A DNA stretch of 64,000 bases from Eledone cirrhosa (GCA_964016885.1 OZ024743.1:187860001-187924000); one strand, 5' to 3'. Counted from the first letter of the stretch, positions 1-17,200 are shown. Notes: a model not told the origin generated them from the letters alone. Program-made: numbers and translations.

Positions 1-37
1 ATGTTCAGCTTTATGCCTATTATTATTACTACCACTA

Positions 38-252
38 GGGCGATAGATTGGCAGTATTGGTAGAATATTGGACAAAATGTTTTGTGGTACATATTTATGG
101 CTCTTTACATTCTAAGTTCAAATACAGAGACAGTTAAATTTGACTTTTAGCCTTCCAGAATTGATAAAAGAAAGCACCAGTCAATTACTGGGGTTAATAT
201 AATCAACTTTAATTTTTCCCCTAATTGCTGTTATTGTACCAATATTAGAAAT
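38..252 (+). mobile_element. tRNA-derived SINE, degenerate copy
   Basis: A-box-like TGGCAGTATTGG and B-box-like AAGTTCAAATAC, followed by a body (ttgataaaagaaagcaccagtc...actgggg) shared with the copies at 43820-44028 and 60014-60196. Confidence 0.65.
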
Positions 253-1059
253 AATTATTATAACTAACACTAATCTTCACATCTTCCTTAGCATCATCAT
301 CTATATAAACATGACAAATGGTTATCCTCACACCATTTTATCTTCGCCATTGCCTTAAATCCCTTGAGCCTCACACTGCTAGAAGTATCAGCTATATTTC
401 TCTGAAACAAATCCATTTGCACGTTACACAACATGAAATCATCACATTACTCCCAAGCCATTGATGAAGCCTCAACTTAGAAGTAGCTACCTAATCTTAA
501 ATCCACCACATCACACCCAACCCTCTTAGAAAGGAGCAGGTTAGATAATATGATTTTTGGCTCATTGCACATAGAACAGAGATAGGAATACCTTTGATCA
601 TAAATCTGCTTCATCAAGGCTAACTTAGGATTAAATAATAGCAACAACATCCACACCACACTCTACCACTAATATGCAAAAGCGCATTACAAATCACACC
701 AAAAATCAATTTCACTACATAGGTAGGATACACCACCACTACTAAATTTTCAAATCACCACATTACACCACAGAAGGAGCCACTATGTAGTCCCTCAAAA
801 TGTTAGTAAAAACAGCCAAATATCCTTCATTTTACAGAGTTTTGTCTTTTTAAAAAGGACATATTGAATAATGTAGGCCTGACTAAAAGACAGAATATTC
901 ATGACTGGAAACATTTTGATGATAAATTTACTTAGCCAGCTCTGGCCTGGGGCTAAATAGCAACATTACCAGCCAAACAAAAGATTTTGGGATTTCACCT
1001 ATATCACATATTTCAACTTTTATCCTTTTAAGGTTAATAATTTAAGTAAAATTATTTAA

Positions 1060-1135
1060 GCATTGAATAAGATGCCTTGCGGTATCTGTTTCACCTCTTT
1101 ACATTCTGAGTTTAAACTCTGCAATGTTGCCAATG
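1060..1135 (+). mobile_element. partial tRNA-derived SINE head
   Basis: ctctttacattctgagtttaaactc matches the B-box region of the other SINE copies. Confidence 0.4.
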
Positions 1136-1569
1136 GCTGCTAATCATCTAACTATAGAAGCACCTAATCATCTCTCAATTGGCTAATATGAACGGATAGG
1201 CCTAGAACCAACATAAATATACCACCAGTGGATTGAAAATTATTGAATGGCTAAATGGAATAGACACTGGTGTGTTCCATCAAAACCGAGTGGATAAAGA
1301 AGAACAAAAACATGATTCACTTTTGACATCAAAATATCTCAAAGCTGAAAAAGCAGCAAACTGGTCACAGCAAAGCCATATTGCCACACAGCCACCCACA
1401 TTGTGATAAAGTAGACAGTACATTTCTAGAACAGATGATAAAAAAACGTTAGAATAATGTGGAAACGTGTCTAGAATTCTTTCATGTACTTACTGAAAAA
1501 TTAACAAAGTGAAAAAAAAGATTTTAATATCCAGTTATAAAATGGTACAGCTTAGAAATTACTAAAAGG

Positions 1570-1677
1570 ATAAGTGTGAGGAAGGCCATCTGACTGTAAA
1601 CTATTGCCAATAGTCCCAACCAACCCATGTCATTATGGAAAAGTTAACATAAAATCAACAGCGAAGATGATGAGGAT
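1570..1677 (+). mobile_element. degenerate bipartite RTE-derived short element
   Basis: aggaaggccatctgactgtaaa motif followed by aacccatg...atggaaaag...gatgatga, the RTE-type 3' tail. Confidence 0.45.
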
Positions 1678-1790
1678 ATACTCCTATATCCATAATTGAC
1701 TATTATTTTTTTCCTTTCATTTGCTATTTGATTATATTTTAGCTTTTTAATGCCCTAAACAATATGGTTTACCTTGTGAATAGCTCATAT

Positions 1791-1985
1791 ATGAGAGTTG
1801 CCGGAAAAGTTCATAGACTGACTACAAAGAATTCATGCTAGAGCTGTAAAATCTTGCGTGCATTAATTTCAACTCTTCTTATTAATAACTGCATTGTTTC
1901 TTTCTAGGGACTATGTTGAAAAATAAACCTCATTTGATCATTCCATGAGAGTATCTTGGTCAGCCTATGAACTTTTCTCCCAAAG
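1791..1985. mobile_element. Tc1/mariner-type MITE
   Basis: Inverted repeats GAAAAGTTCATAGACTGAC (1804-1822) and GTCAGCCTATGAACTTTTC (1959-1977), 18/19 match; left end TATGAGAGTTG resembles mariner termini; outer right end is eroded. Confidence 0.6.
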
Positions 1986-2200
1986 AATTTATAGGCACCC
2001 ATTCAACAGCAAGTAATGGATTGCTTAGTGTAGAGGATGTATGATTCAGATGTTAAATATTTGATTTGTGGAATTAACAGCTTTAGATGTGAGGCAGTCA
2101 AGTATATATGCCTTGAATCTCAATTCAAGAAAGCAGTTTCCAAAGTAAACCACCATAGAATACAAGACATATTCAAAATGAAAACATATGTTTAGTGTGT

Positions 2201-5200
2201 AACAACAACAACAACAACAACAAAAACAACAATAATGACAGCAACAACAGCCACAACCACAACAGCAATAACAACAGCTGCAGCAGAAATAACCACAACA
2301 GCTACAGTAACAACCACAGCAACAATAAAAGCAGCATCAGCAACAACAAGAACAACTACAACTGCTGTAACAACAATCACAACTGCAACAGCAGCAGCAG
2401 CAAAAATGACAACAACAACTTTTACAACAACAGCTGCAGCAGAAATAATCACAGTAGTAGGAGTAGCAGCAACACAACAGCAAAAGCAGCATCAGCAATA
2501 ACAACAGCAATTGCTGCTGTAACAACAACCACACCAGTAACAGCAGCAGCAACAACAATAACAACATCAACAACAGCAACTGCTACAGCAACAGCTGCAG
2601 CAATAACAACAACAGTAACAGTAGTAACAACTACAACAACAGCAGCAGCAATAACAACAACAGTAACAATAGTAACAACTACAACAACAGCAGCAGCAAT
2701 AACAACAACAGTAACAGTAGTAACAACTACAACAACAGCAGCAGCAATAACAACAACAACAGTAACACTAGTAACAACTACAACAACAGCAGCAGCAATA
2801 ACAACAACAACAGTAACAGTAGTAACAACTACAATAACAGCAGCAGCAATAACAACAACAGTAACAGTAGTAACAACTACAGCACAGCAGCAGCAATAAC
2901 AACAACAGTAACAGTAGTAACAACTACAACAACAGCAGCAGCAATAACAACAACAGTAACAATAGTTACAACTACAACACAGCAGCAGCAATAACAACAA
3001 CAGTAACAATAGTAACAACTACAACACAGCAGCAGCAATAACAACAACAGTAACAGTAGTAACAACTACAACAACAGCAGCAGCAATAACAACAACAACA
3101 GTAACAGTAGTAACAACTACAACAACAGCAGCAGCAATAACAACAACAGTAACAGTAGTAACAACTACAACAACAGCAGCAGCAATAACAACAACAACAG
3201 TAACAACAGTAGTAACAACTACAACACAGCAGCAGCAATAATAACAACAGCAACAGTAGTAACAACTACAACAACAACAGCAGCAGCAATAACAACAACA
3301 GTAACAGTAGTAACAACTACAACACAGCAGCAGCAATAACACAACAGTAACAGTAGTAACAACTACAGCACAGCAGCAGCAATAACAACAACAGTAACAA
3401 TAGTAACAACTACAACAACAGCAGCAGCAATAACAACAACAGTAACAGTAGTAACAACTAAAGCACAGCAGCAGCAATAACAACAACAACAGTAACAGTA
3501 GTAACAACTACAACAACAGCAGCAGCAATAACAAGAAACAGTAACAACAGTAGTAACAACTACAACAACAGCAGCAGCAATAACAACAACAGTAACAGTA
3601 GTAACAACTACAGCACAGCAGCAGCAATAACAACAACAGTAACAATAGTAACAACTACAACAACAGCAGCAGCAATAACAACAACAACAGTAACACTAGT
3701 AACAACTACAACAACAGCAGCAGCAATAACAACAAGAGTAACAGTAGTAACAACTACAACAACAGCAGCAGCAATAACAACAACAACAGTAACAGTAGTA
3801 ACAACTACAGCACAGCAGCAGCAATAACAACAACAGTAACAATAGTAACAACTACAACAACAGCAGCAGCAATAACAACAACAACAGTAACAATAGTTAC
3901 AACTACAACAAAAGCAGCAGCAATAACAACAAGAGTAACAGTAGTAACAACTACAACAACAGCAGCAGCAATAACAACAACAGTAAGAGTAGTAACAACT
4001 ACAACAACAGCAGCAGCAATAACAACAACAGTAACAATAGTAACAACTACAACAACAGCAGCAGCAATAACAACAACAGTCACAATAGTTACAACTACAA
4101 CAAAAGCAGCAGCAATAACAACAACAGTAACAGTAGTAACAACTACAACAACAGCAGCTGCAATAACAACAACAGTAACAATAGTAACAACTACAACAAC
4201 AGCAGCAGCAATAAAAACAACAGTAACAACAGTAACAACTACAACAACAGCAGCAGCAATAACAACAACAGTAACAACAGTAACAACTACAACAACAGCA
4301 GCAGCAATAACAACAACAGTAACAATAGTAACAACTACAACAACAGCAGCAGCAATAACAACAACAACAGTAACAATAGTAACAACTACAACAACTGCAG
4401 CAGCAATAACAACAACAACAGTCACAATACTAACAACTACAACCCTAGCAGCAGCAATAACAACAACAGTAACTGTAGTAACAACTACAACACAGCAGCA
4501 GCAATAACAACAACAGTAACAGTGGTAACAACTACAACAACAGCAGCAGCAATAACAACAACAACAGTCACAATACTAACAACTACAACAACAGCAGCAG
4601 CAATAACAACAACAGTAACAATAGTAACAACTACAACAACAGCAGCAGCAATAACAACAACAGTCACAACAGTAACAACTACAACAACAGCAGCAGCAAT
4701 AACACAACAGTAACAGTAGTAACAACTACAACAACAGCAGCAGCAATAACAACAACAGTAACAACAGTAAGAACTACAACAACAGCAGCAGCAATAACAA
4801 CAACAGTAACAATAGTAACAACTACAACAACAGCAGCAGCAATAACAACAACAGTAACAGTAGTAACAACTACAACAACAGCAGCAGCAATAACAACAAC
4901 GGTAACAACAGTAGTAACAGCTACAACAACAGCAGCAGCAATAACAACAACAGTAACAGTAGTAACAACTACAACAACTACAACAACAGCAGCAGCAATA
5001 ACAACAACAACAGTCACAATAGTTACAACTACAACAAAAGCAGCAGCAATAACAACAACAGTAACAGTAGTAACAACTACAACAACAGCAGCAGCAATAA
5101 CAACAACAGTAACAATAGTAACAACTACAACAACAGCAGCAGCAATAACAACAACAGTAACAATAGTAACAACTACAACAACAGCAGCAGCAATAACAAC

Positions 5201-8200
5201 AACAGTAACAATAGTAACAACTACAACAACAGCAGCAGCAATAACAACAACAACAGTAACAATAGTAACAACTACAACAACAGCAGCAGCAATAACAACA
5301 ACAGTAACAACAGTAGTAACAACTACAACAACAGCAGCAGCAATAACAACAACAGTAACACCAGTAGTAACAACTACAACAACAGCAGCAGCAATAACAA
5401 CAACAGTAACAATAGTAACAACTACAACAACAGCAGCAGCAATAACAACAACAGTAACAATAGTAACAACTACAACAACAGCAGCAGAAATAACAACAGT
5501 AACAATAGTAACAACTACAACAACAGCAGCAGCAATAACAACAACAGTAACAACAGTAGTAACAACTACAACAACAGCAGCAGCAATAACAACAACAGTA
5601 ACAACAGTAGTAACAACTACAACAACAGCAGCAGCAATAACAACAACAGTAACAATAGTAACAACTACAACACAGCAGCAGCAATAACAACAACAGTAAC
5701 AGTAGTAACAACTACAACAACAGCAGCAGCAATAACAAGAAACAGTAACAACAGTAAGAGTAGTAACAACTACAACAACAGCAGCAGCAATAACAACAAC
5801 AACAGTCACAATAGTTACAACTACAACAAAAGCAGCAGCAATAACAACAACAGTAACAGTAGTAACAACTACAACAACAGCAGCAGCAATAACAACAAAA
5901 CTAACAATAGTAACAACTACAACAACAGCAGCAGCAATAAAAACAACGGTAACAACAGTAACAACTACAACAACAGCAGCAGCAATAACAACAACAGTAA
6001 CAATAGTAACAACTACAACAACAGCAGCAGCAATAAAAACAACAGTAACAACAGTAACAACTACAACAACAGCAGCAGCAATAACAACAACAGTAACAAT
6101 AGTAACAACTACAACAACAGCAGCAGCAATAACAACAACAACAGTAACAATAGTAACAACTACAACAACTGCAGCAGCAATAACAACAACAACAGTCACA
6201 ATACTAACAACTACAACAACAGCAGCAGCAATAACAACAACATTAACTGTAGTAACAACTACAACTCAGCAGCAGCAATAACAACAACAGTAACAGTAGT
6301 AACAACTACAACAACAGCAGCAGCAATAACAACAACAACAGTCACAATACTAACAACTACAACAACAGCAGCAGCAATAACAACAACAGTAACAATAGTA
6401 ACAACTACAACAACAGCAGCAGCAATAACAACAACAGTAACAACAGTAGTAACAACTACAACAACAGCAGCAGCAATAACAACAACAGTAACAATAGTAA
6501 CAACTACAACAACAGCAGCAGCAATAACAAAAACAGTAACAATAGTAACAACTACAACAACAGCAGCAGCAATAACAACAACAGTAACAGTAGTAACAAC
6601 TACAACAACAGCAGCAGCAATAACAACAACAGTAACAACAGTAACAACTACAACAACAGCAGCAGCAATAACAACAACAGTAACAATAGTAACAACTACA
6701 ACAACAGCAGCAGCAATAACAACAACAGTAACAGTAGTAACAACTACAACAACAGCAGCAGCAGCAATAACAACAACGGTAACAACAGTAGTAACAGCTA
6801 CAACAACAGCAGCAGCAATAACAACAACAGTAACAGTAGTAACAACTACAACAACTACAACAACAGCAGCAGCAATAACAACAACAACAGTCACAGTAGT
6901 AACAACTACAACAAAAGCAGCAGCAATAACAACAACAGTAACAGTAGTAACAACTACAACACAGCAGCAGCAATAACAACAACAGTAACAATAGTAACAA
7001 CTACAACAACAGCAGCAGCAATAACAACAACAGTAACAATAGTAACAATTACAACAACAGCAGCAGCAATAACAACAACAACAGTAACAATAGTAACAAC
7101 TACAACAACAGCAGCAGCAATAACAACAACAGTAACAACAGTAGTAACAACTACAACAACAGCAGCAGCAATAACAACAACAGTAACAATAGTAACAGCT
7201 ACAACAACAGCAGCAGCAATAACAACAACAGTAACAATAGTAACAACTACAACAACAGCAGCAGCAATAACAACAACAGTAACAACAGTAGTAACAACTA
7301 CAACAACAGCAGCAGCAATAACAACAACAGTAACAACAGTAGTAACAACTACAACAACAGCAGCAGCAATAACAACAACAGTAACAACAGTAGTAACAAC
7401 TACAACAACAGCAGCAGCAATAACAACAACAGTAACAACAATAGTAACAACTACAACAACAGCAGCAGCAATAACAACAACAACAGTAACAATAGTAACA
7501 ACTACAACACAGCAGCAGCAATAACAACAACAGTAACAACTACAACTCAGCAGCAGCAATAACAACATCAGTAACAACAGTAGTAACAACTACAACAACA
7601 GCAGCAGCAATAATAACAACAGTAACAACAGTAGTAACAACTACAACACAGCAGCAGCAATAACAACAACAGTAACAATAGTAACAACTACAACAACAGC
7701 AGCAGCAATAACAACAACAGTAACAATAGTAACAACTACAACAACAGCAGCAGCAATAACAACAACAGTAACAGTAGTAACAACTACAACAACAGCAGCA
7801 GCAATAACAAGAAACAGTAACAACAGTAAGAGTAGTAACAACTACAACAACAGCAGCAGCAATAACAACAACAACAGTCACAATAGTTACAACTACAACA
7901 AAAGCAGCAGCAATAACAACAACAGTAACAGTAGTAACAACTACAACAACAGCAGCAGCAATAACAACAAAACTAACAATAGTAACAACTACAACAACAG
8001 CAGCAGCAATAAAAACAACGGTAACAACAGTAACAACTACAACAACAGCAGCAGCAATAACAACAACAGTAACAATAGTAACAACTACAACAACAGCAGC
8101 AGCAATAAAAACAACAGTAACAACAGTAACAACTACAACAACAGCAGCAGCAATAACAACAACAGTAACAATAGTAACAACTACAACAACAGCAGCAGCA

Positions 8201-11200
8201 ATAACAACAACAACAGTAACAATAGTAACAACTACAACAACTGCAGCAGCAATAACAACAACAACAGTCACAATACTAACAACTACAACAACAGCAGCAG
8301 CAATAACAACAACATTAACTGTAGTAACAACTACAACTCAGCAGCAGCAATAACAACAACAGTAACAGTAGTAACAACTACAACAACAGCAGCAGCAATA
8401 ACAACAACAACAGTCACAATACTAACAACTACAACAACAGCAGCAGCAATAACAACAACAGTAACAATAGTAACAACTACAACAACAGCAGCAGCAATAA
8501 CAACAACAGTAACAACAGTAGTAACAACTACAACAACAGCAGCAGCAATAACAACAACAGTAACAATAGTAACAACTACAACAACAGCAGCAGCAATAAC
8601 AAAAACAGTAACAATAGTAACAACTACAACAACAGCAGCAGCAATAACAACAACAGTAACAGTAGTAACAACTACAACAACAGCAGCAGCAATAACAACA
8701 ACAGTAACAACAGTAACAACTACAACAACAGCAGCAGCAATAACAACAACAGTAACAATAGTAACAACTACAACAACAGCAGCAGCAATAACAACAACAG
8801 TAACAGTAGTAACAACTACAACAACAGCAGCAGCAGCAATAACAACAACGGTAACAACAGTAGTAACAGCTACAACAACAGCAGCAGCAATAACAACAAC
8901 AGTAACAGTAGTAACAACTACAACAACTACAACAACAGCAGCAGCAATAACAACAACAACAGTCACAGTAGTAACAACTACAACAAAAGCAGCAGCAATA
9001 ACAACAACAGTAACAGTAGTAACAACTACAACACAGCAGCAGCAATAACAACAACAGTAACAATAGTAACAACTACAACAACAGCAGCAGCAATAACAAC
9101 AACAGTAACAATAGTAACAATTACAACAACAGCAGCAGCAATAACAACAACAACAGTAACAATAGTAACAACTACAACAACAGCAGCAGCAATAACAACA
9201 ACAGTAACAACAGTAGTAACAACTACAACAACAGCAGCAGCAATAACAACAACAGTAACAATAGTAACAGCTACAACAACAGCAGCAGCAATAACAACAA
9301 CAGTAACAATAGTAACAACTACAACAACAGCAGCAGCAATAACAACAACAGTAACAACAGTAGTAACAACTACAACAACAGCAGCAGCAATAACAACAAC
9401 AGTAACAACAGTAGTAACAACTACAACAACAGCAGCAGCAATAACAACAACAGTAACAACAGTAGTAACAACTACAACAACAGCAGCAGCAATAACAACA
9501 ACAGTAACAACAATAGTAACAACTACAACAACAGCAGCAGCAATAACAACAACAACAGTAACAATAGTAACAACTACAACACAGCAGCAGCAATAACAAC
9601 AACAGTAACAACTACAACTCAGCAGCAGCAATAACAACATCAGTAACAACAGTAGTAACAACTACAACAACAGCAGCAGCAATAATAACAACAGTAACAA
9701 CAGTAGTAACAACTACAACACAGCAGCAGCAATAACAACAACAGTAACAATAGTAACAACTACAACAACAGCAGCAGCAATAACAACAACAGTAACAATA
9801 GTAACAACTACAACAACAGCAGCAGCAATAACAACAACAACAGTAACAATAGTAACAACTACAACAACAGCAGCAGCAATAACAACAACAGTAACAATAG
9901 TAACAACTACAACAACAGCAGCAGCAATAACAACAACAGTAACAGTAGTAACAACTACAACACAGCAGCAGCAATAACAACAACAGTAACAAAAGTAGTA
10001 ACAACTACAACAACAGCAGCAGCAATAACAACAACAGTAACAATAGTAACAACTACAACACAGCAGCAGCAATAACAACAACAGTAACAGTAGTAACAAC
10101 TACAACACAGCAGCAGCAATAATAACAACAGTAACTGTAGTAACAACTACAACAACAGCAGCAGCAATAACAACAACAGTAACAGTAGTAACAACTACAA
10201 CAACAGCAGCAGCAATAACAACAACAGTAACAGTAGTAACAACTACAACAAACAGCAGCAGCAATAACAACAACAGTAACAGTAGTAACAACTACAACAA
10301 CAGCAGCAGCAATAATAACAACAGTAACTGTAGTAACAACTACAACAACAGCAGCAGCATTAACAACAACAGTAACAAAAGTAGTAACAACTACAACACA
10401 GCAGCAGCAATAACAACAACAGTAACAATAGTAACAACTACAACAACAGCAGCAGCAATAACAACAACAGTAACAATAGTAACAACTACAACAACAGCAG
10501 CAGCAATAACAACAACAGTAACAATAGTAGTAACAACTACAACACAGCAGCAGCAATAATACCAACAGTAACTGTAGTAACAACTACAACAACAGCAGCA
10601 GCAATAACAACAACAGTAACTGTAGTAACAACTACAACACAGCAGCAGCAATAACAACAACAGTAACAGTAGTAACAACTACAACAACAGCAGCAGCAAT
10701 AACAACAACAACAGTCACAATACTAACAACTACAACAACAGCAGCAGCAATAAGAACAACAGTAACAATAGTAACAACTACAACAACAGCAGCAGCAATA
10801 ACAACAACAGTAACAACAGTAACAACTACAACAACAGCAGCAGCAATAACAACAACAGTAACAGTAGTAACAACTACAACAACAGCAGCAGCAATAACAA
10901 CAACAGTAACAACAGTAACAACTACAACAACAGCAGCAGCAATAACAACAACAGTAACAATAGTAACAACTACAACAACAGCAGCAGCAATAACAACAAC
11001 GGTAACAACAGTAGTAACAGCTACAACAACAGCAGCAGCAATAACAACAATAGTAACAGTAGTAACAACTACAACAACTACAACAACAGCAGCAGCAATA
11101 ACAACAACAGTAACAACAGTAGTAACAACTACAACAACAGCAGCAGCAATAACAACAACAGTAACAACAGTAGTAACAACTACAACAACAGCAGCAGCAA

Positions 11201-14200
11201 TAACAACAACAGTAACAATAGTAACAACTACAACAACAGCAGCAGCAATAACAACAACAGTAACAACAGTATTGACAACTACAACAACAGCAGCAGCAAT
11301 AACAACAACAGTAACAACAGTAACAACTACAACAACAGCAGCAGCAATAACAACAACAGTAACAACAGTAGTAACAACTACAACAACTACAACAACAGCA
11401 GCAGCAATAACAACGACAACAGTCACAATAGTTACAACTACAACACCAGCAGCAGCAATAACAACAACAGTAACTGTAGTAACAACTACAACACAGCAGC
11501 AGCAATAACAACAACAGTAACAGTAGTAACAACTACAACAACAGCAGCAGCAATAACAACAACAACAGTCACAATACTAACAATTACAACAACAGCAGCA
11601 GCAATAACAACAACAGTAACAATAGTAACAACTACAACAACAGCAGCAGCAATAACAACAACAACAGTAACAGTAGTAACAACTACAACAACAGCAGCAG
11701 CAATAACAACAACAGTAACAGTAGTAACAACTACCACAACAGCAGCAGCAATAACAACAACAACAGTAACAACAGTAGTAACAACTACAACACAGCAGCA
11801 GCAATAATAACAACAGCAACAGTAGTAACAACTACAACAACAGCAGCAGCAATAACAACAACAGTAACAGTAGTAACAACTACAACACATCAGCAGCAAT
11901 AACAACAACAGTAACAGTAGTAACAACTACAGCACAGCAGCAGCAATAACAACAACAGTAACAATAGTAACAACTACAACAACAGCAGCAGCAATAACAA
12001 CAACAGTAACAGTAGTAACAACTACAGCACAGCAGCAGCAATAACAACAACAACAGTAACAGTAGTAACAGCTACAACAACAGCAGCAGCAATAACAAGA
12101 AACAGTAACAACAGTAGTAACAACTACAACAACAGCAGCAGCAATAACAACAACAACAGTAACAGTAGTAACAACTACAACAACAGCAGCAGCAATAACA
12201 ACAACAGTAACAGTAGTAACAACTACAACAACAGCAGCAGCAATAACAACAACAACAGTAACACCAGTAGTAACAACTACAACACAGCAGCAGCAATAAT
12301 AACAACAGCAACAGTAGTAACAACTACAACAACAGCAGCAGCAATAACAACAACAGTAACAGTAGTAACAACTACAACACAGCAGCAGCAATAACAACAA
12401 CAGTAACAGTAGTAACAACTACAGCACAGCAGCAGCAATAACAACAACAGTAACAATAGTAACAACTACAACAACAGCAGCAGCAATAACAACAACAGTA
12501 ACAGTAGTAACAACTACAGCACAGCAGCAGCAATAACAACAACAACAGTAACAGTAGTAACAACTACAACAACAGCAGCAGCAATAACAAGAAACAGTAA
12601 CAACAGTAGTAACAACTACAACAACAGCAGCAGCAATAACAACAACAGTAACAGTAGTAACAACTACAGCACATCAGCAGCAATAACAACAACAGTAACA
12701 ATAGTAACAACTACAACAACAGCAGCAGCAATAACAACAACAACAGTAACAGTAGTAACAACTACAGCACAGCAGCAGCAATAACAACAACAGTAACAAT
12801 AGTAACAACTACAACAACATCAGCAGCAATAACAACAACAACAGTAACAATAGTTACAACTACAACAAAAGCAGCAGCAATAACAACAAGAGTAACAGTA
12901 GTAACAACTACAACAACAGCAGCAGCAATAACAACAACAGTCACAATACTAACAACTACAACAACAGCAGCAGCAATAAGAACAACAGTAACAATAGTAA
13001 CAACTACAACAACAGCAGCAGCAATAACAACAACAGTAACAACAGTAACAACTACAACAACAGCAGCAGCAATAACAACAACAGTAACAGTAGTAACAAC
13101 TACAACAACAGCAGCAGCAATAACAACAACAGTAACAACAGTAACAACTAGAACAACAGCAGCAGCAATAACAACAACAGTAACAATAGTAACAACTACA
13201 ACAACAGCAGCAGCAATAACAACAACAGTAGTAACAACTACAACAACAGCAGCAGCAATAACAACAACGGTAACAACAGTAGTAACAGCTACAACAACAG
13301 CAGCAGCAATAACAACAACAGTAACAGTAGTAACAACTACAACAACTACAACAACAGCAGCAGCAATAACAACAACAGTAACAACAGTAGTAACAACTAC
13401 AACAACAGCAGCAGCAATAACACAACAGTAACAACAGTAGTAACAACTACAACAACAGCAGCAGCAATAACAACAACAGTAACAATAGTAACAACTACAA
13501 CAACAGCAGCAGCAATAACAACAACAGTAACAACAGTATTGACAACTACAACAACAGCAGCAGCAATAACAACAACAGTAACAACAGTAACAACTACAAC
13601 AACAGCAGCAGCAATAACAACAACAGTAACAACAGTAGTAACAACTACAACAACTACAACAACAGCAGCAGCAATAACAACGACAACATTCACAATAGTT
13701 ACAACTACAACACCAGCAGCAGCAATAACAACAACAGTAACAGTAGTAACAACTACAACAACAGCAGCAGCAATAACAACAACAACAGTCACAATACTAA
13801 CAACTACAACAACAGCAGCAGCAATAACAACAACAGTAACAATAGTAACAACTACAACAACAGCAGCAGCAATAACAACAACAACAGTAACAGTAGTAAC
13901 AACTACAACAACAGCAGCAGCAATAACAACAACAACAGTAACAACAGCAGTAACAACTACAACACAGCAGCAGCAATAATAACAACAGCAACAGTAGTAA
14001 CAACTACAACAACAGCAGCAGCAATAACAACAACAGTAACAGTAGTAACAACTACAACACAGCAGCAGCAATAACAACAACAGTAACAGTAGTAACAACT
14101 ACAGCACAGCAGCAGCAATAACAACAACAGTAACAATAGTAACAACTACAACAACAGCAGCAGCAATAACAACAACAGTAACAGTAGTAACAACTACAGC

Positions 14201-17200
14201 ACAGCAGCAGCAATAACAACAACAACAGTAACAGTAGTAACAACTACAACAACAGCAGCAGCAATAACAAGAAACAGTAACAACAGTAGTAACAACTACA
14301 ACAACAGCAGCAGCAATAACAACAACAGTAACAGTAGTAACAACTACAGCACATCAGCAGCAATAACAACAACAGTAACAATAGTAACAACTACAACAAC
14401 AGCAGCAGCAATAACAACAACAACAGTAACAGTAGTAACAACTACAGCACAGCAGCAGCAATAACAACAACAGTAACAATAGTAACAACTACAACAACAG
14501 CAGCAGCAATAACAACAACAACAGTAACACTAGTAACAACTACAACAACAGCAGCAGCAATAACAACAAGAGTAACAGTAGTAACAACTACAACAACAGC
14601 AGCAGCAATAACAACAACAGTAACAGTAGTAACAACTACAGCACAGCAGCAGCAATAACAACAACAGTAACAATAGTAACAACTACAACAACATCAGCAG
14701 CAATAACAACAACAACAGTAACAATAGTTACAACTACAACAAAAGCAGCAGCAATAACAACAAGAGTAACAGTAGTAACAACTACAACAACAGCAGCAGC
14801 AATAACAACAACAGTAAGAGTAGTAACAACTACAACAACAGCAGCAGCAATAACAACAACAGTAACAATAGTAACAACTACAACAACAGCAGCAGCAATA
14901 ACAACAACAACAGTCACAATAGTTACAACTACAACAAAAGCAGCAGCAATAACAACAACAGTAACAGTAGTAACAACTACAACAACAGCAGCAGCAATAA
15001 CAACAACAGTAACAATAGTAACAACTACAACAACAGCAGCAGCAATAAAAACAACAGTAACAACAGTAACAACTACAACAACAGCAGCAGCAATAACAAC
15101 AACAGTAACAACAGTAACAACTACAACAACAGCAGCAGCAATAACAACAACAGTAACAATAGTAACAACTACAACAACAGCAGCAGCAATAACAACAACA
15201 ACAGTAACAATAGTAACAACTACAACAACTGCAGCAGCAATAACAACAACAACAGTCACAATACTAACAACTACAACAACAGCAGCAGCAATAACAACAA
15301 CAGTAACTGTAGTAACAACTACAACACAGCAGCAGCAATAACAACAACAGTAACAGTAGTAACAACTACAACAACAGCAGCAGCAATAACAACAACAACA
15401 GTCACAATACTAACAACTACAACAACAGCAGCAGCAATAACAACAACAGTAACAATAGTAACAACTACAACAACAGCAGCAGCAATAACAACAACAGTCA
15501 CAACAGTAACAACTACAACAACAGCAGCAGCAATAACAACAACAGTAACAGTAGTAACAACTACAACAACAGCAGCAGCAATAACAACAACAGTAACAAC
15601 AGTAGGAACTACAACAACAGCAGCAGCAATAACAACAACAGTAACAATAGTAACAACTACAACAACAGCAGCAGCAATAACAACAACAGTAACAGTAGTA
15701 ACAACTACAACAACAGCAGCAGCAATAACAACAACGGTAACAACAGTAGTAACAGCTACAACAACAGCAGCAGCTATAACAACAACAGTAACAGTAGTAA
15801 CAACTACAACAACTACAACAACAGCAGCAGCAATAACAACAACAACAGTCACAATAGTTACAACTACAACAAAAGCAGCAGCAATAACAACAACAGTAAC
15901 AGTAGTAACAACTACAACAACAGTAGCAGCAATAACAACAACAGTAACAATAGTAACAACTAAAACAACAGCAGCAGCAATAACAACAACAGTAACAATA
16001 GTAACAACTACAACAACAGCAGCAGCAATAACAACAACAGTAACAATAGTAACAACTACAACAACAGCAGCAGCAATAACAACAACAGTAACAACAGTAG
16101 TAACAACTACAACAACAGCAGCAGCAATAACAACAACAGTAACAACAGTAGTAACAACTACAACAACAGCAGCAGCAATAACAACAACAGTAACAATAGT
16201 AACAACTACAACAACAGCAGCAGAAATAACAACAACAGTAACAATAGTAACAACTACAACAACAGCAGCAGCAATAACAACAACAGTAACAACAGTAGTA
16301 ACAACTACAACAACAGCAGCAGCAATAACAACAACAGTAACAACAGTAGTAACAACTACAACAACAGCAGCAGCAATAACAACAACAGTAACAATAGTAA
16401 CAACTACAACACAGCAGCAGCAATAACAACAACAGTAACAGTAGTAACAACTACCACAACAGCAGCAGCAATAACAAGAAACAGTAACAACAGTAAGAGT
16501 AGTAACAACTACAACAACAGCAGCAGCAATAACAACAACAACAGTCACAATAGTTACAACTACAACAAAAGCAGCAGCAATAACAACAACAGTAACAGTA
16601 GTAACAACTACAACAACAGCAGCAGCAATAACAACAACAGTAACAATAGTAACAACTACAACACAGCAGCAGCAATAACAACAAGAGTAACAGTAGTAAC
16701 AACTACCACAACAGCAGCAGCAATAACAAGAAACAGTAACAACAGTAAGAGTAGTAACAACTACAACAACAGCAGCAGCAATAACAACAACAACAGTCAC
16801 AATAGTTACAACTACAACAAAAGCAGCAGCAATAACAACAACAGTAACAATAGTAACAACTACAACAACAGCAGCAGCAATAAAAACAACAGTAACAACA
16901 GTAACAACTACAACAACAGCAGCAGCAATAACAACAACACTAACAATAGTAACAACTACAACAACAGCAGCCGCAATAACAACAACAGTAACAACAGTAA
17001 CAACTACAACAACAGCAGCAGCAATAACAACAACAGTAACAATAGTAACAACTACAACAACAGCAGCAGCAATAACAACAACAACAGTAACAATAGTAAC
17101 AACTACAACAACTGCAGCAGCAATAACAACAACAACAGTCACAATACTAACAACTACAACAACAGCAGCAGCAATAACAACAACAGTAACTGTAGTAACA

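Noticed and set aside
290-960. Possible decayed RTE and SINE remnants
   Set aside because: Similarity too weak to assign boundaries or family by eye
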